DNA of 58,433 nt, counting the filler, from Basidioascus undulatus (taxonomy: Eukaryota): NCBI GenBank assembly GCA_000826855.1. It is 3 parts of 3 records of this genome, joined end to end, with 100 filler letters (N's around TTAATTAATTAA, not from the genome) between each part and the next. Parts side by side here need not be neighbours in the genome. Positions count along the whole stretch, not along the records: positions 39,041 to 58,433 come from JTLS01000423.1; 2 more parts are not named here. One strand, 5' to 3'. The translations under genes were made by a program, and so were the position numbers. Shown here one piece after another: positions 52,478-58,433 of the stretch (the stretch's first letter is position 1; each line of letters starts with the position of its first letter). The notes below the pieces were generated by a model. It had not been told where the DNA came from. It saw only the letters and a list, made by a program, of their open reading frames with translations, and searched no databases.

Positions 52478-53745
52478 ATGCATCTTCCCCTCAGCGCTCT
52501 CCTTCTCGGGGCCTCGTCCTCATTCCCATCCGCCCTAGCTCGCACCTACCAGATCCTCGCCGGCTCCTACTCTCCTGACCTCATCCTCTACACTTTCGAC
52601 CCCGCCGCCGGCATCCTCACCACCGGCAAAAACGTTACGCTCATTCAGAGCTACTCGCCGTCATGGCTCGCGCAGCACCCGAAGGACAAAAACGTCATTC
52701 TCGCCGTCAGTGAAGGCGACCCCGGCAAGGTCGCCACGGCCCGCCTCGAGGACAAACCCGAAAAGCTCACGGTCCTGAGCGATGAGGAGACTGGAGGACC
52801 GGGTACAGCCTCGGCGGGTTTCTCAAGGGATGGCTCGAAGGCACTGGCGTCGAACGTGAGTCTTATTCGCGCGCTGTATTTGGTTGAGTGATCCTTGCGT
52901 TAACCGAGCGGGACGGCAATGTATCCAGTACCTCGGCGGCAGCAGCCGCGGCTACAAGGTTGGAAGGGACGGCAAGCTCTCGCCCGTGGGCGCATCCATC
53001 AAGTTCGCCGGCACGGGCCCCAACACGGAGCGGCAAGAGCAGCCTCACCCGCACGACGCGCACGCGCACCCTCGCGACCCCTCCATCTTCTATGTGCCAG
53101 ACCTGGGCGCGGACCGCGTTCGCCAGCTCAAGGTATCCGACTCTGGTACCGAGCAGGTGGGCGAGTTCAGCACGCCTGCTGGTTCTGGACCGCGACACAT
53201 TGTCTTCCACCCGAAGCGTAAGTGCGGACCGAGAGCAATATGTGCTACTAGCCTCTTCGACTAACGCCTGAAGCGCCCCTGATCCAGACGACATCGCATA
53301 CGTCGTGACCGAGCTCTCTAATGAGGTCCTCATTTTCGCCCTCGAGTCGTCGGGCGCGCTCTCGCTCCTAGGGCAGACGTCGTTCCTCCCCGAAGGCGCC
53401 AAAGGCACCTGGAACGGCGCCGAGATCGCGATCACGTCCGACGGGCGGCACCTGTACGCGTCGAACCGGAACCTCTCGCCGGGCGTCGACGCGGACCCGA
53501 TCGCGGCGTTCAATGTCTCCAGCGACGGCAAATCGCTCAGGCTCATCGGCCAGTACGGCGCGGGCGGGAACCAGCCGCGGGCGTTCAAGCTGTTTGGCGA
53601 GCAGGAGCAGTACCTCATCGTCGGCAACACCTTCGAGAAGGCACCCTCTGCCGTCGTCCTCGAGCGCGATGTCCGCTCGGGCGCCCTCAAGGAGGCTGCG
53701 CGGCTGGACGGGCAAGCCCCGACCGCGTTCATCTGGATTGAGTAG
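52478..53745 (+). CDS. Lactonase-family 7-bladed beta-propeller (6-phosphogluconolactonase/carboxy-cis,cis-muconate cyclase-like), predicted secreted, 3 exons
   Basis: Signal-like N-terminus. SPSWL, GTGPNTERQEQPHPH, YVPDLGAD, GSGPRHIVFHP, YVVTELSN, AEIAITSDGRHLYASNR, GNQPRAF. Confidence 0.92.
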
Positions 53746-54522
53746 ATGAGTTGAGGAACAACATGCACGAAATGCTCTCGTTCATCCAAGTCAGCTTTGG
53801 AGTGTGATTGTATTGTGTGCCACTTGCAAGTTCCACAGACCCCCTTTCGAGTGAACGTTGGCGCCTGCCTTGAAGGAGTCTCCTCGTGCTACGCCTCAAT
53901 CATGAGCGACTTTCGACACACTTCCTGAGGCTGGCAATTGGACCTCGCAGTTTATCAATGCCCGCCATGGTTGATTTTCGACTCCCAGCGAGAGCGGTTA
54001 CTGCCGGGGTCTGGAACAGCGCGCGCTTTCCAAGTCTCGTTGCCCCTACACACGGTTGCTGTTTCTCGGCTACATTCAGTGTGCGAATTACTACCGTCTG
54101 GCACTCGGAATGATGACCGTTTGCACCCCGCTAGTCACAAGAATCCAAAGGGGTAAGGGGTCTGCCCCTTAAGCTCCTTCTCCGCCCACTCCACTCACAA
54201 ACGTCGCTCACTCATCATCGCTCACTCATCGTCGTTCACGCATCGATTGTATCGCAAGAGCTCCAGCCCAAGCACCTCTCCAAGACAAAAACAAAAGTGT
54301 CGGGCTGCTCGATGGCATGCGACTCCGGATGGAATCGATGTCCTTGTAATGCCAGCGATCCGGGGTCAACCTTTGTTGCCTCCACTGCATAAATTCACCT
54401 CCAACCCTCTCCATGACGCGTTCTCTTCGACCTTCTCGTTACCATCTCTCAAAGAACCAACCGTGTCTCATATCACTCACACCCGCTACTCACTCGCGCT
54501 CACACATCTCCAGTACTGAACC

Positions 54523-55833
54523 ATGGCGACGATTGCCACTGCCGCTCCTCTCGCAAACCGGGCCACCGTGCCCACCGCCCTCGCGTGAGTTACCAAACCA
54601 CACACATAGACACCCTTATCCGCTTTGATCAGACTCTTTTTCCGCTTCAGCTATGGCGTAGTTAACTATATTCTCGATTTTCCACAGGAACGTCGCGCCT
54701 GAGGGCACCAAGATGTGGATTCTGAATGTCGGGTCCCGTATGTCAAGACAGCCGATTATGCCGGGAAAGAGCTTGCACTGACACCTTTAATCACAGTCGA
54801 GATCCGTTCGAAGATGTCGAGTATATGTGTAACAGCACGTGCTGAAAGAAACTCGCTGTGCTGTGATACCGCAGTGTGACGCGGGTGAGAAACGTCGTTG
54901 ATGGAGCGGCCACTACATCATGAAGACCACTTCACCAGTCTTCTTCCTTCGTGGAGGCAACACCAGCATCGTACCAGGGATTAGAGGCATAACACTGCCA
55001 AAGCCTTCATCTATCCGTCCATGTCGGCGATGCCGTGTACGCTCCGAGAAGCGCACCAGATCCTTTGCTTCGTTTCCGTCACTGTCTTGTCTTGTCTCAA
55101 GTCCTCTTCGAGAATCTGCTCGTCTTCACTATCCGATAATCTCCTTCAGCACGCGGCTCCATGCATGCGCACTCTCACCTCTCTCCTCCCAACTTTTGCG
55201 CGATTCCGTACAGCGCCGAGCAGCAGCGTTGCTTTCCGTGCAGCTCACGGCATCAGTCAAGCATCGACAGTGCATTGCGCCATCGACGCGCACACAAAAA
55301 GCTCCTTATCTCGACACTTCACTGATCGCTCAGACACGTCTCCATGCAGCCATCCACGCATCCTAATCGGCCCCGTGCATGTCCCTCTTCTCTCACTTCA
55401 TCGTTCACTCTCTCCCCCCCACACTCTGACACGCGGAACCGCGATGTGTTTTGGCTTGCAGGGTCGTGAACGTGCTGAGTTACTTGCCTGCGCAACGCAG
55501 GGAGATGCAGCGCTGCAGCCACTACCCTCTTCTTTCCGACCTGCTGCAAGGAAGATGAAAGAAGATGTGCCATGTGGGCGTCGTGCGTCTGCACTGGGGA
55601 ACAGCCGGAGCACCTGGTCCACATGCAGAAGGGGTCTGGGCGATCGAGGGGGTCGCGAAGGCGCCGATTTCGGTGCTGATACTTTTCTCAAGAAGTATGC
55701 AGCATTACTTATGGCGAGGCGTTCTGGAAAGGAGGCGTCCAACGGGAACGTCGAGCTCCCCGTCCCGACAGCGTCGATTGACGAAGCCCATCTCGACATG
55801 TCTGTGAACTTCACACTTTCCTTGAAAGTGTAG
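54523..55833 (+). CDS. Possible small multi-exon gene or gene relic; structure unresolved
   Basis: ACCATGG start, MATIATAAPLANRATVPTAL then a GTGAGT donor, several further splice signals and a Cys-rich frame near 55500-55680. Confidence 0.3.
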
Positions 55834-57641
55834 TGAAAACAACGTTCCATGTACACATTATTGTTCCATTTTAACTTTGTATGATTGGTGTTTGTGTGAG
55901 AAGACGCAGCGTGGAAAGAGCTCCACCTGGACGGGGAAGCTTCCAAGCTGGCCGCTGCATGCGCGAGATTGCATCAAAGTTCTCTTGAGGGTCAACTGCA
56001 GCCGATCATAGACTTCGGGGATGGAGACTCAACGGTCAATGATGATTGTTGTTCGCTGTCAATCTTGCAAGGGATGGGAAAGTGAGTATCTCAGCGCCCC
56101 TTACAACGTCAAAATGTTGGATGCGCATGGTATCTTGCTGTTGAATTGTTCATTTAGTGATCGAATGGTTAGTGAGGGTCGTTCAACGTCGTCGAGAACG
56201 TTACCTAGCTTTGGCCTACAGCTGGCCGGAAAGCACGTCGAAAACAGAGCGTCAGGGCATCAGGGCGCCAGGACGTCAATGATTCCTGCATGAGGACCAG
56301 TCGGGCCGGCGCCGCCTGCAGCGAGCAGCTGCATTTTCGGGGCGGTAGGGCGCGATGCCCGACGAGATTGAGGTTGAGGTTGGGAGGTGCAGCGTCAAGT
56401 GCCGAGGCGTTGAGACAAGCGCCCTCTCTTCCCGACGCTCTCGACACTCAGCCGGGGAGGGCGGCGCCGCCATTGCGAGGCCGCTCGAAAGGACTCAGCG
56501 GCCAGTCGGGTCTGGCGGTTGTCTTTCCATGAAAGACTCGAGTTAAAAAAATATTCCTTCGTTTCGTTTCGCTCTTGAAAGTGTAAGGGGGCCTCGGAGC
56601 CTCGGAGGCCGAGGGATGGTCCCTCTGGTCGAGAGCAGCTGCGGAGGGTCGCATGGAGCGCGATAAGCACCCCTGTCATGGGCGTCATTCTTCTCAGTTA
56701 TATTTCCGCTGCCTGCAAGGTGTACAAGAAGCTCAATGCATCTGCAGGACGCTGCAGAGTGAAAAGGTCATTTCTGATAAAGTTCGAGTTGATCCGAGTG
56801 GGAGAAGCCAGGCTGTCTCAGTCGATACGGTGCATCCATCATCCCAGCTGAAGACGCGTCTTCCCCGCGCGCTAGACGCCTCTCCCGTGTGCCCGTCTCC
56901 GCTCGCTGTCTCGCTGATGGCGCAGTCGCTCCAGATGGCCCTCAGGTGTTCCTGCCCTTTGACCTTGGACCTGGCACCCGTTTCCTCCTCCTCCCCTTGC
57001 CTCCCCCTCCTCTCTTTTCGCTGTTCCCGCCCCTGCCAGCGTCGGATCCAGGGCCCAAGGCAGATTCCCTTCAGTCCCGCCCATTCTCCCCCCTGCAATT
57101 CAGTCTCCGACACTCGCTTTACCCGCCCCCTTGCGCGATTCTCTATCCACCAGAATCCCCGTCCGCATCCGTCTTAGCACCCCCTCCTCCTCCGCCCCTC
57201 TCACCGTCACTGCGCAGCACACGGGCGTCGATAGCTCCCAGCCTTCTTTATAGCATCCTCGAGCCAGCCCTCCAGCCCAGTCCGAGTGCCATCACCCCAC
57301 ACCCTCGACTTCCATCACAGGAGCTCCGGACGACCACCTCACGGACTCGCTCATTTACGCACCGATCGCTTAGTGACCGAGCACACGGAGCCAGCACTTT
57401 GGACCGAGCGATATCGACGCTATCGCGCGCTGTCCTCGCTCGCGCAGCGGCATCAGGAGCGGTCTCCTTCTGAGCTCCGCTCGTACTCCTTGTCTTCCTG
57501 CTTGACGGAAGCGCAATATTCTGTGAGTACTGCTTTTTGTGCTTCGGAAACATCCTCGGCGGAATGGGTTGCGCGAGCCAGTTTGGTCGCGAATTGATAC
57601 ACTGACGTTCTTGACTTCCCGCTCGGCCTCCAGGCCCAGCG

Positions 57642-58433
57642 ATGCTGCTCCGAATCGACCCGCCGACCTCGGCGCTCCCGCCAGTGCTCTACCAGCTCTC
57701 CTTCCCGCTCCTCCCCTATTCCCCATGCTCATCCTCCCCGCTCCCACTGCCCCCTGCCTGGCGCACGACCTACGCCGCAGCGTCGGCCTTCTCCCTTCCC
57801 CTCGGGCCGCTGCACACCGCGGACCGCGCCTCGTGGCTTGTCGGGATCCTCACCGCCGTCACGTTCGACCTCGCGCGCAACAACGTCCGCGTGGAGTACG
57901 ACGGCGGGGAAGTGATGCTCCTCTCCCTCCCCGCCGAGTGCCGCGCCAGCCTCTCCGCCGTCCTCGCCGACGTCCAGGCGTCCGCCTCGCTCGCGGCCTC
58001 GGAATCCCGCTCACGCGCAGCAGCAGCCAAGAGCCCCTCCGCGCCGTCTACGCCCTCACAAATCTTCAGCTCCTTCCTCTCGGCGCTCCTCCCTGCCTCC
58101 GCGAGTGCAGTCGAGTCGGCCCGCCTCGCGCGCGCCCGCGCCCCCTCGCGCATTCTCCGCTGCCGAGCACGCGCGGGCCTCGTAGATGCCTACCGGCGCT
58201 GGGTCATCCCCTTTCTGCTGGACGAGGTCGGGTGCGAGACGGGTTGGCTCGAGTGGCGCGCGCGGCTGGAGCTCCGCAAGGGCGAGGCGGAGCGGGCGAT
58301 GGTCGAGCAGGAGTTGCAGGCCATCCGGGCGTCCGTGTCCCCTTCCCCCACATCTCCATCGCATCCAAGTATCACTCGATCGCAAGCCGATATTTCGCCC
58401 AATCTCCCCTTCAAGCGTCCTCTGCGCCCTAGA
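57642..58433 (+). CDS. Hypothetical protein, truncated by the window end
   Basis: Open frame with strong GC3 bias: MLLRIDPPTSALPP...WLVGILTAVTFDLARNNVRVEY...RAGLVDAYRRWVIP. An upstream GTGAGT...CAG intron lies at ~57523-57633. Confidence 0.65.
   Translation, partial: MLLRIDPPTSALPPVLYQLSFPLLPYSPCSSSPLPLPPAWRTTYAAASAFSLPLGPLHTADRASWLVGILTAVTFDLARNNVRVEYDGGEVMLLSLPAECRASLSAVLADVQASASLAASESRSRAAAAKSPSAPSTPSQIFSSFLSALLPASASAVESARLARARAPSRILRCRARAGLVDAYRRWVIPFLLDEVGCETGWLEWRARLELRKGEAERAMVEQELQAIRASVSPSPTSPSHPSITRSQADISPNLPFKRPLRPR

Noticed and set aside
52863..53789. 308-aa antisense ORF, and similar shadow ORFs over ACO1, DAK, SET and CDA
   Set aside because: These are expected from the high GC3 bias of the real genes on the opposite strand.
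1..58433. tRNA, rRNA or a secondary-metabolite cluster
   Set aside because: The GGTTCGA hits lack cloverleaf context. There is no PKS, NRPS or terpene core gene, and the oxygenase and transporter are on different contigs.

Overview
Eukaryotic, intron-rich fungal DNA, most likely a basidiomycete (GTGCGT/GTGAGT donors, CTGAC/CTAAC branch sites, GC-rich exons). The window is not one locus: it is three contigs (1-19446, 19547-38940, 39041-58433) joined by artificial 100-nt N44-TTAATTAATTAA-N44 linkers. Contig 1 holds a dihydroxyacetone kinase, a lesioned GRE2-like reductase, a small SET-domain protein, mitochondrial aconitase, a CpG-depleted repeat relic with a ~1 kb palindromic 17-bp minisatellite, and a truncated Asi1/Asi3-like membrane protein. 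Contig 2 holds a GT71 mannosyltransferase, SGT2, an NDUFA4/B12D-like small protein, a 2OG-Fe(II) dioxygenase, a GPI-anchored chitin deacetylase and an F-box-like protein. Contig 3 holds a gene fragment, a PY-motif ORF with an in-frame TGA, a DPPF-motif methyltransferase, a UBA-UIM USP25/28-like pseudo-deubiquitinase, an MFS sugar transporter, a secreted lactonase-family beta-propeller and hypothetical genes. Gene models were spliced by eye and family calls come from recalled motifs, not database searches. No tRNA, rRNA or CRISPR was seen, and I found no clear multi-gene novel system. The most interesting items are the palindromic array and the pseudo-DUB.
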